Source of the DNA: a bacterium
Lineage (GTDB): Bacteria > UBP15 > UBA6099 > JAJRTR01
Reading direction: 5' to 3'
Assembly (NCBI GenBank): GCA_024278215.1
Contig: JAJRTR010000135.1
Location: forward strand, 11,651 to 75,650
DNA length: 64,000 nucleotides
Positions 1-8,524 of the stretch are shown here, piece by piece. Below the pieces are notes generated by a model. The model was not told the DNA's origin. It made no database searches and saw only the letters and a list, made by a program, of their open reading frames with translations. Positions within the stretch are counted from its first letter, which is position 1. Each line of letters opens with the position of its first letter. The position numbers and the translations under genes are program-made.

Positions 1-1
1 A

Positions 2-88
2 AAACTGAGCGACGCGGAATCCGCCGCGCTCGCCGTATCCGCCGCAGCCGTGAAAAAGCTTTGCGCGGAAGTCGACGAGATGCTGTAA
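2..88 (+). CDS. mdh: C-terminal fragment of malate dehydrogenase (LDH/MDH family), partial
   Basis: Frame 2 reads KLSDAESAALAVSAAAVKKLCAEVDEML*, resembling the terminal helix of LDH-like MDHs; only 28 aa are visible. Confidence 0.55.
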   Translation, partial: KLSDAESAALAVSAAAVKKLCAEVDEML

Positions 89-105
89 GAAAAATACAGT
101 CACTC

Positions 106-283
106 GAGCCAATTGCAAAATTCTGATTCTGCTACGGTCGGCTGCTATTGACCATAGCTGCGTTGTCGGCACAAAATCGTCCTCGACGTACTCTACAAGT
201 ACACCTGCGAGGATTTTACACCTCCGCCTTGCTCTGAACAATTTCGCTCGACCTCGCTACGAACATAATTTTGCAATTGGCTC
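106..283 (-). mobile_element. MITE family A, full copy 1 (178 bp)
   Basis: 17-bp TIR GAGCCAATTGCAAAATT...AATTTTGCAATTGGCTC; 4-bp direct repeat ACTC at 102-105 and 284-287; reverse-complement similar to 1123-1301 and 14335-14514. Confidence 0.9.
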
Positions 284-1061
284 ACTCTTTTTCAAGGCTT
301 ACGAGGTAGTTGGCGCCGGTGGTGTCGCCATCTTTTTTCGGAGGCAGTGCGACGTTAAGCGAAATCAGTGTTTCGGGACCTACCTGCTTGCCGGCCCGTT
401 TTGGAATCGGTCCCTTGAGATATATACAGGAGCCGTCGAGGTCTTTCATGATCCATCTTGTTTTTTTGATCTCGTCCGGCACGTCGGCTTCGCATTTGAA
501 ATGGGGCGAGTAGATGCCCCTGATACGAAATTCACGGCCCTCGAACATATCCCAGGCCTTCAATACTTCTGATACCGCATAAGGTTTTTTGTTCATTGCA
601 GCCTGTCGTTTATGTTCTTCCAGCACTTTTTTCATCTTTTCGGCATATTCTTTTTTGATTCTTTCATACATAAGAGATTGCAGGTAATAGCCCTGCGGAT
701 ATTTCCTTAGGATACCTTCCACAGCGACGTCTTTGCCGACCCCCATGCGTGTTCTCCACGTACAGCCAGGCGGCATCGTGCCGCGTGCGTAAAGACACGC
801 GCCGCTGTCTTGCAGCATCCAGTTTAAGCCGCGTGCCGCGGGTGGGTTTTTACATGCCCCGTCCACACCCATGAACATGCCGACGACGACTATTCTTTTA
901 TTCAAGTAGGTAGCCGGGTTTTCATACACGTCCGACACGGTAACAATTATCCGCTTGCTCTCTTTCACATTATCCCGCGCCGCTTTCGTATCGGCGGCTG
1001 TCGCAACACATGCGCATATAAATATAAATACCAGAAGGAAGATAGAAGTTCGTTGTTTCAT
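282..1061 (-). CDS. Secreted hypothetical protein with two internally repeated, OB-fold-like domains
   Basis: Signal peptide; repeats (V.DV...P..Y....I.V.G...C...W...D.G.C.Y..G..P) separated by a Lys-rich helix. Confidence 0.7.
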   Translation of the reverse strand: MKQRTSIFLLVFIFICACVATAADTKAARDNVKESKRIIVTVSDVYENPATYLNKRIVVVGMFMGVDGACKNPPAARGLNWMLQDSGACLYARGTMPPGCTWRTRMGVGKDVAVEGILRKYPQGYYLQSLMYERIKKEYAEKMKKVLEEHKRQAAMNKKPYAVSEVLKAWDMFEGREFRIRGIYSPHFKCEADVPDEIKKTRWIMKDLDGSCIYLKGPIPKRAGKQVGPETLISLNVALPPKKDGDTTGANYLVSLEKE

Positions 1062-1122
1062 TATAAAATCACCATCGACTCTTTATACATTATAATAGCA
1101 TAAACCACCTGTTTATTTGAAT

Positions 1123-1301
1123 GAGCCAATTGCAAAATTATGTTCGTAGCGAGGTCGAGCGAAATTTTTCAGAAGCAAGACGGAGGTGCAAAATCCCCGC
1201 AGGCGTACTCACCGAGTACGTCGAGGACGATTTCGCGCAGACGACGCAGCTATGGACAATTGCAGCCGACCGCAGCAGAATCAGAATTTTGCAATTGGCT
1301 C
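1123..1301 (+). mobile_element. MITE family A, full copy 2 (179 bp)
   Basis: Same 17-bp TIR; 4-bp direct repeat GAAT at 1119-1122 and 1302-1305. Confidence 0.9.
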
Positions 1302-1475
1302 GAATGTGATTGACATCACACAACTTACATAGCGGCATAAGATAACGAAGATAGCCGGCGATTTTCGCCTATTCCGGCGGCAGCGGATTTTCGTTCAGTC
1401 GCTACATGGCTTGCCTCGAGACCGCCGTTGTTGAATAATGTATGAAATTATTTCAGTAAACGGAAGTCGAGCTGC

Positions 1476-2648
1476 ATGTCTGAATCGAGGTTTACAAAAG
1501 TACTTGCCCTGACAGGCCAGGGAATGATAACGCCGCAGATTTCGACGGACTGCACAACCGGGATGCAGAAGTCCGGCGTCGAAGCGACGACCGTAGGTTT
1601 GATGTATGACGACGATGCCGGTTTCCCGCAGGTGCGGGACAAACTGATGAATTTCATAAGGGAGAAGAAACCGGATTTCATCTTTGCCGTGGATGCGGGA
1701 ATCGTTCGTGACGAGCCCGAATTTTTCGAATCGACAGGGGTCCCGGTAGTCGCCTGGTTTGTGGACAATCCGCTGGTGGATATGGGACCGCACAACATCT
1801 TCGACAGGTTGTTTGTATTTTCGTGGGACAGGTTGTACATTGAGCCGATGCTCGATTTGGGCTGCCGCTTCGCGCGTTATCTCCCGCTTGCGACCAACCC
1901 GTCGTCTTTCAGACGATTGCCTCCCGACAGGCCGGAATGCGAACCTTTTCGTTGTGATATTTCTTTTGTGGGCAGTTCACTCGCCGACATCTCTATCCAG
2001 CCGGAACTTGAGAAAGTTGCCGATCCGCTGGTGAAAAAGGTGCTGATTGAGGTCATCGAAGCGCACAGCCGTATGCCGCACCCGCCGGTGGGCGGGCTTC
2101 GCACAGAGGCTGAAAAGAGACACGGCGTCAGGATTACGTATCATGATATGCGTGTGCTGGACTACAATCTTCAGGTGGAAGGCACATTTAAATATCGCGT
2201 CCGTGCCGTGAACCGGCTCGCGCGGCGCGGCATACATGTCTATGGCGATGACGGCTGGAAACAGATTATCGGCGACGGGGTGAAATTCCGAGGACGCATC
2301 GATTATGAGAAAGACCTGAACAAGATGTACAGCGCGTCGCGGATAAATCTCAACCTTAGCAAAACGCAGCTTCAGACGGCGGTGAACCAGCGAGTGTTCG
2401 ACGCGCCCGCGTGTGGCGGTTTCGTGCTTACAGATTATCGCGAAGACGCCGAACGACTGTTCGACGTCGAAAAAGAAATCGCCGTTTTCAGGTCGATGGA
2501 TGAAATGGATGAGCTTGTGGAGAGGTTTCTGAAGGATGACAGCGACCGTGAAGCGAGGGCGCGCAACGCCCGGCGCAATGTGCTGGCGCATCACACTTAT
2601 GCCATACGTATGCGTGAGATGCTCGCCGCCCTGGAAGAAGTTATATGA
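1476..2648 (+). CDS. CgeB-family glycosyltransferase (Glyco_trans_1_2)
   Basis: YLPLAT.P..F, DISFVGS, SRINLNL...VNQRVFDAPACGGFVLTD and C-terminal HTY..R motifs. Confidence 0.85.
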   Translation: MSESRFTKVLALTGQGMITPQISTDCTTGMQKSGVEATTVGLMYDDDAGFPQVRDKLMNFIREKKPDFIFAVDAGIVRDEPEFFESTGVPVVAWFVDNPLVDMGPHNIFDRLFVFSWDRLYIEPMLDLGCRFARYLPLATNPSSFRRLPPDRPECEPFRCDISFVGSSLADISIQPELEKVADPLVKKVLIEVIEAHSRMPHPPVGGLRTEAEKRHGVRITYHDMRVLDYNLQVEGTFKYRVRAVNRLARRGIHVYGDDGWKQIIGDGVKFRGRIDYEKDLNKMYSASRINLNLSKTQLQTAVNQRVFDAPACGGFVLTDYREDAERLFDVEKEIAVFRSMDEMDELVERFLKDDSDREARARNARRNVLAHHTYAIRMREMLAALEEVI

Positions 2649-2804
2649 GCTTCGCGACGTTTTTCTTTTTTTCCCATCAAACAAGTTCGAGGGTTTTTTC
2701 AGGGACTATAATAAGTGAATGTACTGTAAGGTTCTTATCGCGCTTCGAGTGCGAACATCCTGTCGCTTACGAAGCGATACAACAATATTTCCGGGGAGAT
2801 GCTC

Positions 2805-4535
2805 ATGCCTGACGTAATTATAAAAAACGGAACAGTGATCGACGGAACGGGCGCACCGCGCGTGAAGGCGGATGTGGGAATCAAGGGCGACCGCATCGAG
2901 TTTGTTGGCCGGGTGCCGGCGGGCGCCGATGGATGCAAGGTGATCGACGCGACAGGCAAGTATGTGTGTCCCGGCATAATCGACCCACACTCGCACGCCG
3001 ACCTGACGATCTTCCGCGAGGAGCATCCGCGGTTGCTCGAACCGCTGGTGAGGCAGGGTATCACGACTTTCGTAGGCGGCAACTGCGGCATGTCTATGGC
3101 GCCCATCGGAGACAAATATAAAAAGCCGACCAGCGACTACCTTGAAATTTTCACCGCTATGGATGTCGAGAAGGAGATCGACTGGCGCACGACTTCCGGA
3201 TTTTTCGATGTCATCGAGAAAAACGGGCTCATCATGAACGCCGCCATGCTTGCTCCCCACGGTCTTATCCGTATCCACGAGATGGGGCTCGAACAGAGAT
3301 ACGCGACAGACGGCGAGATCGATTCGATGAAGAATGTGCTCGACGAGTGTATGGAGGCCGGCTGCATCGGCATGTCCACGGGGCTCCAGTATTTTCCGGG
3401 CTCGCAGAGCGACACGCGCGAGCTGATCGAGCTGGGAAAGATCATAAAAAAACATGATGGAATATACACGAGTCACCTGCGCAGCTACTCGAACACGCTC
3501 GGACTCGCTATCGACGAGATAATAGATATTTGCAGAACCAACGAGATAAACGGGCAGGTGTCGCATATATTTTCCATACCCGATTTCGGCAGGTTCGGGC
3601 GTCCGGTCAGGGCGGTTATCAGGGCGATGGCGAAGCTCGCGGATTACTGGGTGCCGTCGCTGCCGCTGGATATCGACACCAGAAAGCAACTCGACAAACT
3701 CGACGCGCTCCGCGAAAACGGCACAAATGTCGGCATGGACATAATGCCCACGACAACGGGTTTCACACACTTGCTCGCGTTCTTCCCGCCCTGGGTACTC
3801 ACCGGAGACAAGAAGGCAATACTCAAGCGGATCGCCGACCCGGAAATGCGCAAGAAGATATATCACGATATTGTAAACGGACACTTGATATGGCCGCATG
3901 TCGAGGGCAACACATGGTCGCTGAACCTCTTTAAACTCATGGGCTGGGAGTGTGTGCGAATAATGTCAGTAGTCTCCGAAAAAAATAAAAAATACGAGGG
4001 TGCCCACCTGCCTGCGATAGCAAAAGAGCGAGGCCGCCACCCGTTCGATGCCGCCTGTGACCTGCTGGTAGAAGAGGATGGAAAGGTGCTCATCTTCGAG
4101 TCCATCGCGAGGCCTGAAGACAACTTCACCGAGACTTCGACTTTCGCGGGCATCAAGCACCCGGAAGTTTCCATCAGCACAGACACGATTCTCATGGGGT
4201 TCGGCAAGCCGTCATATCTCTTCTACGGCACATATCCGAAATTTATCAGGCGCTATGTGCTGGACAAGAAGCTTCTGACGCTGGAAACTGCTATCAGGAA
4301 ATTATCGGGGTTGCAGGCGGAGTTGTTCAGGATCAGGGACAGGGGCAATATCAAAAAAGGCTGGTTCGCCGATGTGCTTGTGTTCGATCCGGAGACTATC
4401 GCGCCCAACTGCACATTCACGGAACCTGTCGGCACGCCGTCGGGGATCGACCACGTATTTATAAACGGCCGGCATATATTGGACGAGGGAAAGCTTAATG
4501 CAGATCCGCTCCCGGGGCGGCTGCTGAGAGCGTAG
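2805..4535 (+). CDS. N-acyl-D-amino-acid deacylase (D-aminoacylase) family amidohydrolase
   Basis: IKNGTVIDGTG, PGIIDPHSHAD, GITTFVGGNCG, YTSHLRS, RGNIKKGWFADVLVFDP; start chosen from GGGGAG RBS spacing. Confidence 0.88.
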   Translation: MPDVIIKNGTVIDGTGAPRVKADVGIKGDRIEFVGRVPAGADGCKVIDATGKYVCPGIIDPHSHADLTIFREEHPRLLEPLVRQGITTFVGGNCGMSMAPIGDKYKKPTSDYLEIFTAMDVEKEIDWRTTSGFFDVIEKNGLIMNAAMLAPHGLIRIHEMGLEQRYATDGEIDSMKNVLDECMEAGCIGMSTGLQYFPGSQSDTRELIELGKIIKKHDGIYTSHLRSYSNTLGLAIDEIIDICRTNEINGQVSHIFSIPDFGRFGRPVRAVIRAMAKLADYWVPSLPLDIDTRKQLDKLDALRENGTNVGMDIMPTTTGFTHLLAFFPPWVLTGDKKAILKRIADPEMRKKIYHDIVNGHLIWPHVEGNTWSLNLFKLMGWECVRIMSVVSEKNKKYEGAHLPAIAKERGRHPFDAACDLLVEEDGKVLIFESIARPEDNFTETSTFAGIKHPEVSISTDTILMGFGKPSYLFYGTYPKFIRRYVLDKKLLTLETAIRKLSGLQAELFRIRDRGNIKKGWFADVLVFDPETIAPNCTFTEPVGTPSGIDHVFINGRHILDEGKLNADPLPGRLLRA

Positions 4536-4619
4536 TAAAGCGAAGCGGAGCGAAAACGGCATCTGTGCAGTAATTTCGGGCGGGAACAGAGCAGGCGGCA
4601 TACAGGGAAAGAAGGAGCT

Positions 4620-4889
4620 ATGGCGGGAAAAGAACAATATGATGAATTGAAACATTACAGGTGTCCGCCGCTTGGCGGGCCGGTAGACTTCAGACATTGC
4701 CGTACAGTCAATGAAGGATTGCCATGTACGAAAATGCCGGTCTGCTGGAGCAGGAAGATGGATGTGCCGGAATTTCTGCGGGAGAACTACACGGAATATG
4801 AGATATGGCAAACGCTTGCTGTAGGACGAAAGACCAGGCTGGAGACAGTCTTCGAAGCGATAGAAAAGGCAAAAAACAATGCTGGTTGA
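4620..4889 (+). CDS. Small Cys-rich hypothetical protein
   Basis: RBS AAGGAG; C-x10-C-x7-C-x5-CW pattern. Confidence 0.7.
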   Translation: MAGKEQYDELKHYRCPPLGGPVDFRHCRTVNEGLPCTKMPVCWSRKMDVPEFLRENYTEYEIWQTLAVGRKTRLETVFEAIEKAKNNAG

Positions 4890-4979
4890 CAGTTCGTTAT
4901 GTTTTCAGAACGGAAACTCAATCTTTGCGGATCAGGGAAAATCCCGGAAACAACATGTAGCAACGCAAGTTGATTTTAC

Positions 4980-5008
4980 TTGTTATTTTTCGGATTTTGT
5001 ACTATCAT
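4980..5008 (+). promoter_or_regulatory. Putative sigma70 promoter for the REC-PilZ gene
   Basis: TTGTTA-N17-TATCAT. Confidence 0.45.
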
Positions 5009-5093
5009 TTGTCAGTAAATATACCCCGTCGGGCCGAGGAAAATATCCTCTGTAGGCGGGGTATTTTATAGAAGAGTAAAGGGTATCTGCCGG

Positions 5094-6290
5094 GTGAGCG
5101 ACGAAAGAACAATTTTATTGATAGAAGCAGACGAGTCGATTTGCGACGAGATAAAAAATGCACTTGCGGACAAGCCTATCCGCTATGTCGAAGTCGATCA
5201 GGCGACAGACGCCGTGATGCAACTGGCTATCGAGGGCCCCGATGCCGCCATAGTAGCCATGGAACTGCCCGACGGCGGCGGTGTCGAGTTGCTTCAGAAT
5301 ATCCGTGATTTCGACAAAAAAATCCCGATCGTTGTTATTATGGGCGAACCGACGAAGGAAAAGATCATCGCCGCAAAACGCGCTCGTGCCGTCGACATAC
5401 TCCTCAAACCACCCAATTACGAGCGTCTCGCCCAGAAACTTTCAAACGCACTGTGGCTCGATCCGTCATTGATAAAAACTGCGGGCGAAGAAGAGCTTGA
5501 TTTTGAAACGGAAATGAAGAAACGCAAGGCCGAAATGGCAAAGGAAGAAGCCGAGCGTCCGACCGAAGAAGCTATCCCCAAAGGGGCCGAGGTGCTGAAT
5601 GTCAACGACCTGATGCCCGGCATGAAAATCGCCAAAACTCTTATGTACAATGATGTTGTATACGGTGATAAAGGACAGGTTCTTTCTGAGAAGGAAATCA
5701 AGCGATTCTCGCGCATGGGCGTACCCGAGGCATGTGTCTATGTGGATGAGCAACTCAAGAAAAAACTCGAGTTGAAGAAGAAACAGCAGGCACAGGCAAG
5801 CTCCATAAGAACTGATTCGTCCGGGGTTGCTGTCGGCGCGGGAAGCGCGCCCGGCCGCCCTCAGGAATTCGCGAAAGTCAAGCGGTCGTCCGTCAGGGTC
5901 GATGTAGAATTACCGGTGGTGATCAAAAGAAAAAGAGAAGACGGCATCGAAGAAACCATAGATGGCCTGACCGCCGATTGCAGCGCCGGCGGATGCGCCC
6001 TGCTCACGGCGATTCCACTTAGAAAAGGCGAAGAAATCGAGCTCAACTTCGAACTCGACGAAGGGCGCTTCAAAATGCACAACATCAAGGGCCTTGTGCG
6101 CCATTCTATGCGACGCTTCGGCACAGACGACTTCCCGCATAGAAACGGCATTTTCTTCACGAGCATCACCGAGCGTTTCCGCGAAAATCTCATCACTGTT
6201 CTTTTCAAACTCGAGCGCGAGAACAAAAAGATGGAAGACGAACGCCGGGCTCGCTACGGCTACGGCCCGAAACGACGCTACCGGAGATAA
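5094..6290 (+). CDS. Pseudo-receiver / DUF3391-like / PilZ domain protein
   Basis: N-terminal REC fold with IVAMELP in place of the phospho-Asp; central V.DL.PGM.IA...G..L...I...GV; PilZ motifs RSSVR and DCSAGG. Confidence 0.85.
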   Translation: MSDERTILLIEADESICDEIKNALADKPIRYVEVDQATDAVMQLAIEGPDAAIVAMELPDGGGVELLQNIRDFDKKIPIVVIMGEPTKEKIIAAKRARAVDILLKPPNYERLAQKLSNALWLDPSLIKTAGEEELDFETEMKKRKAEMAKEEAERPTEEAIPKGAEVLNVNDLMPGMKIAKTLMYNDVVYGDKGQVLSEKEIKRFSRMGVPEACVYVDEQLKKKLELKKKQQAQASSIRTDSSGVAVGAGSAPGRPQEFAKVKRSSVRVDVELPVVIKRKREDGIEETIDGLTADCSAGGCALLTAIPLRKGEEIELNFELDEGRFKMHNIKGLVRHSMRRFGTDDFPHRNGIFFTSITERFRENLITVLFKLERENKKMEDERRARYGYGPKRRYRR

Positions 6291-6298
6291 GTAAACGA

Positions 6299-6418
6299 CC
6301 ACCGACCTTGTCGGTGGCTTTGATAAGGTTCGTTTAATTCTTGAAAGCCACCAACTTTGTTGGTGTTATATGGTCTTACGCGCTTTCGGCTCGTTTCATC
6401 CACCAGCTTTGCCAATGG
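6299..6418. repeat. Three REP/PATE-like palindromes (CCACCRRC-YTT-GYYRRTGG), progressively degenerate
   Basis: CCACCGAC-CTT-GTCGGTGG at 6299-6317; CCACCAAC-TTT-GTTGGTG at ~6348-6365; CCACCAGC-TTT-GCCAATGG at 6400-6418. Confidence 0.6.
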
Positions 6419-6436
6419 GTTTCAAAGTACTAATCC

Positions 6437-6527
6437 CAATACCGTTTACTTTAGCAACAATGATGCGCAAAAAAGCCTGTATTTTCGCGAATATTGATAC
6501 CCATACCCTCTTAAGTAAACGGTATTG
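6437..6527. mobile_element. 91-bp MITE with IS4-like ends
   Basis: 15-bp perfect TIR CAATACCGTTTACTT...AAGTAAACGGTATTG; perfect 10-bp direct repeat GTACTAATCC at 6427-6436 and 6528-6537. Confidence 0.88.
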
Positions 6528-6535
6528 GTACTAAT

Positions 6536-6557
6536 CCGCATATTTCACAAATGCGGG
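6536..6557 (+). repeat. MITE family B solo left-end hairpin
   Basis: CCGCATATTTCACAAATGCGGG, matching the left end of the 13098 copy. Confidence 0.75.
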
Positions 6558-6787
6558 TGAAACGGATATTACCCTGTGGCCGGTTTCAACATTTCGTTAC
6601 CGAAAAGTTGAGTCGGCAATTTCAAGTTGTTAAACTAAGACTGTTAACCAGTTTAGTGGGGAAAGAATAATTTGTCGCCTGTTTGCTGGGGCTACAGATT
6701 CGTCGTTTCCCGGGTTTGCCATGTGAAAGCCATAACTGAAAGCGGAGGCTTTCATAAAAATCTATCGAAATAATAAAGGACAGGATA

Positions 6788-7738
6788 ATGATCGAAGTTC
6801 ATTCAGTGAAAAAGTATTACGGCTCATTCCTTGCTGTGGATGATGTGAGCTTCGATGTGCGGCCCGGCGAGATCGTGGCGTTTGTCGGCCCGAACGGGGC
6901 GGGGAAAAGTACGGTGTTGAAAATGATCGCCACTTACCTTATGCCGGATGCGGGCAGTATAACGGTAAATGGTCGCGATGTGGTGAAGAACTCGCTCGAT
7001 GTGCGCGGCTCGATAGGATATATGCCGGAGAAAAGTATCAGCTACGAAGGGATGCGCGTCGACAGGTTCCTGAAGTTTGTCGGGGAGGCGCGCGGACTGG
7101 CCGGCTCAACTTTGAAAAAGAATTTCGACTGGGTGGTGAACAGTTGCGGGATAGAGGAGGTACTGCACAAGCGGGTGGGCCAGTGTTCCAAGGGATACCA
7201 GAGGCGCGTGTCGCTTGCTATGTCGCTGATACATGATCCGGGTGTGATCCTTATGGACGAACCGACGCATGGGCTGGACCCGCTCCAGGTTCTCGCTCTG
7301 AGGGACTTCCTTAAGAGTCTCAAACGGGACAGGGCGATTCTCTTCAGCAGCCATATCTTCCAGGAGGTGGTGGCGATATGCGACCGGGTGCTGATAATAA
7401 ATAATGCGCGGCTGCTGGCGGACGGCACAGTCGTCGAGATTGCGGGCAAGGCCGGGATACCGCAGGTGGTGAACTGCGTGATCGAGGCGCCGCCCGACGA
7501 ATTGCGCGGTGCGCTCGATAGGCTGACGTCGGGCTGTGTCGGGAACTTCGTCGAGGCCGGCGCGGGGGTCGCACATGTCGAAATTGAAAAAAAGAACGGC
7601 GGACTGCGGGGCGATGTCGAGAAGATGTGTTCGGTTGCCGGCTGGTCGATAAGGTCTTTTATCGAGCAGCCGCTCGATCTTGAAATAGTGTTTGCCGAGA
7701 TTGTCAGGAAATCAAATGAGGAAGCTACTGTGCAATGA
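6788..7738 (+). CDS. ABC-2 type transporter ATP-binding protein (GldA-like)
   Basis: Walker A GPNGAGKST, signature CSKGYQRR, Walker B ILMDEPT, SSH. Confidence 0.92.
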   Translation: MIEVHSVKKYYGSFLAVDDVSFDVRPGEIVAFVGPNGAGKSTVLKMIATYLMPDAGSITVNGRDVVKNSLDVRGSIGYMPEKSISYEGMRVDRFLKFVGEARGLAGSTLKKNFDWVVNSCGIEEVLHKRVGQCSKGYQRRVSLAMSLIHDPGVILMDEPTHGLDPLQVLALRDFLKSLKRDRAILFSSHIFQEVVAICDRVLIINNARLLADGTVVEIAGKAGIPQVVNCVIEAPPDELRGALDRLTSGCVGNFVEAGAGVAHVEIEKKNGGLRGDVEKMCSVAGWSIRSFIEQPLDLEIVFAEIVRKSNEEATVQ

Positions 7739-8523
7739 ATATCGAAGCTAAAGCGGCGGTCGGTGCGTGCGTCGGTGGCGCGCCGGGCACGATAAGGGCG
7801 ATAAAGATTATTTTCTCACGTGAACTCGGGGCCATTTTCGACTCTTCTGTCGCGTATATTTATTTTATCGCTTTCACCCTTCTGACCGTCGGTATTTTCA
7901 TGAACGAATTCTTTGTCGTTTCCGTAATCGACATGACGCCATATTTCAAACTCCTGCCGATGCTCCTTATCGTTTTCATGCCCGCCCTCACTATGCGGAT
8001 ATGGGCCGAGGAAAAACGTGTCGAGACTTTCGAACTTCTCATGACTATGCCGCTGACACCGGCGCAGATTGTTATCGGAAAGTTCAAAGCGGTTTTTGTT
8101 TTCTATCTTCTGACCCTGTGCGGTTCGCTGCCCATCGTGATCATGCTGAAATCGCTCGGCTCGCCCGATCTCGGGCTGATCCTTTCGGGATATATCGGCG
8201 CGGCGCTGCTGGGCGCGCTCTTTATTTCTTTCGGGCTTTTCACATCCGGCGTCACGGCGAACCAGATAGTAGCGTTCGTGCTCGCTGTTTTTATCGGTTT
8301 CCTTTTCGTCTTCAGCGGCGACGACAGGGTGGTGTCCATTCTCGACGGCCTGACGCCACATCTTCAGGCAGGCACTTTTCTCTATGAATCCTTCTCCGCT
8401 ATCCCGCACTACCAGGCCATGACCGGCGGCCTGTTATGCGCGTCGGACGTATTCTTTTTCGTTTCCATGACTGCCGTGTTCCTGTGGTTGAACGCTATCT
8501 CGGTGAACAGGAGCCGCATTTGA
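7735..8523 (+). CDS. ABC-2 type permease (GldF-like)
   Basis: Six TM segments; PALTMRIWAEEKR..TFELL.T.P...QIVIGKF motif; 4-nt overlap with the ATPase gene. Confidence 0.9.
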   Translation: MNIEAKAAVGACVGGAPGTIRAIKIIFSRELGAIFDSSVAYIYFIAFTLLTVGIFMNEFFVVSVIDMTPYFKLLPMLLIVFMPALTMRIWAEEKRVETFELLMTMPLTPAQIVIGKFKAVFVFYLLTLCGSLPIVIMLKSLGSPDLGLILSGYIGAALLGALFISFGLFTSGVTANQIVAFVLAVFIGFLFVFSGDDRVVSILDGLTPHLQAGTFLYESFSAIPHYQAMTGGLLCASDVFFFVSMTAVFLWLNAISVNRSRI

Positions 8524-8524
8524 A

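Noticed and set aside
106..1301. Composite transposon formed by two inverted family A copies around ORF 282-1061
   Set aside because: Each copy has its own duplication (ACTC, GAAT) and the outer flanks do not match, so the insertions were independent.
1121..1309. Small repeated peptides (1121-1309, 14352-14585, 13108-13425, 28193-28438, 59231-59434)
   Set aside because: They are translations of the MITE sequences with variable starts and stops and no consistent RBS.
5021..5067. c-di-GMP riboswitch upstream of the PilZ gene
   Set aside because: It lacks the GCAAA/GAAA tetraloop-receptor features of class I and the layout of class II; kept only as a generic hairpin.
6299..6418. Mini CRISPR array
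   Set aside because: Only three short, strongly degenerate palindromes, and no cas gene in the window; a REP-like origin fits better.
6579..6617. tracrRNA-like 3' hairpin
   Set aside because: Only superficial similarity (TCAAC...GAGTCGG); no anti-repeat, array or Cas9/IscB gene nearby.
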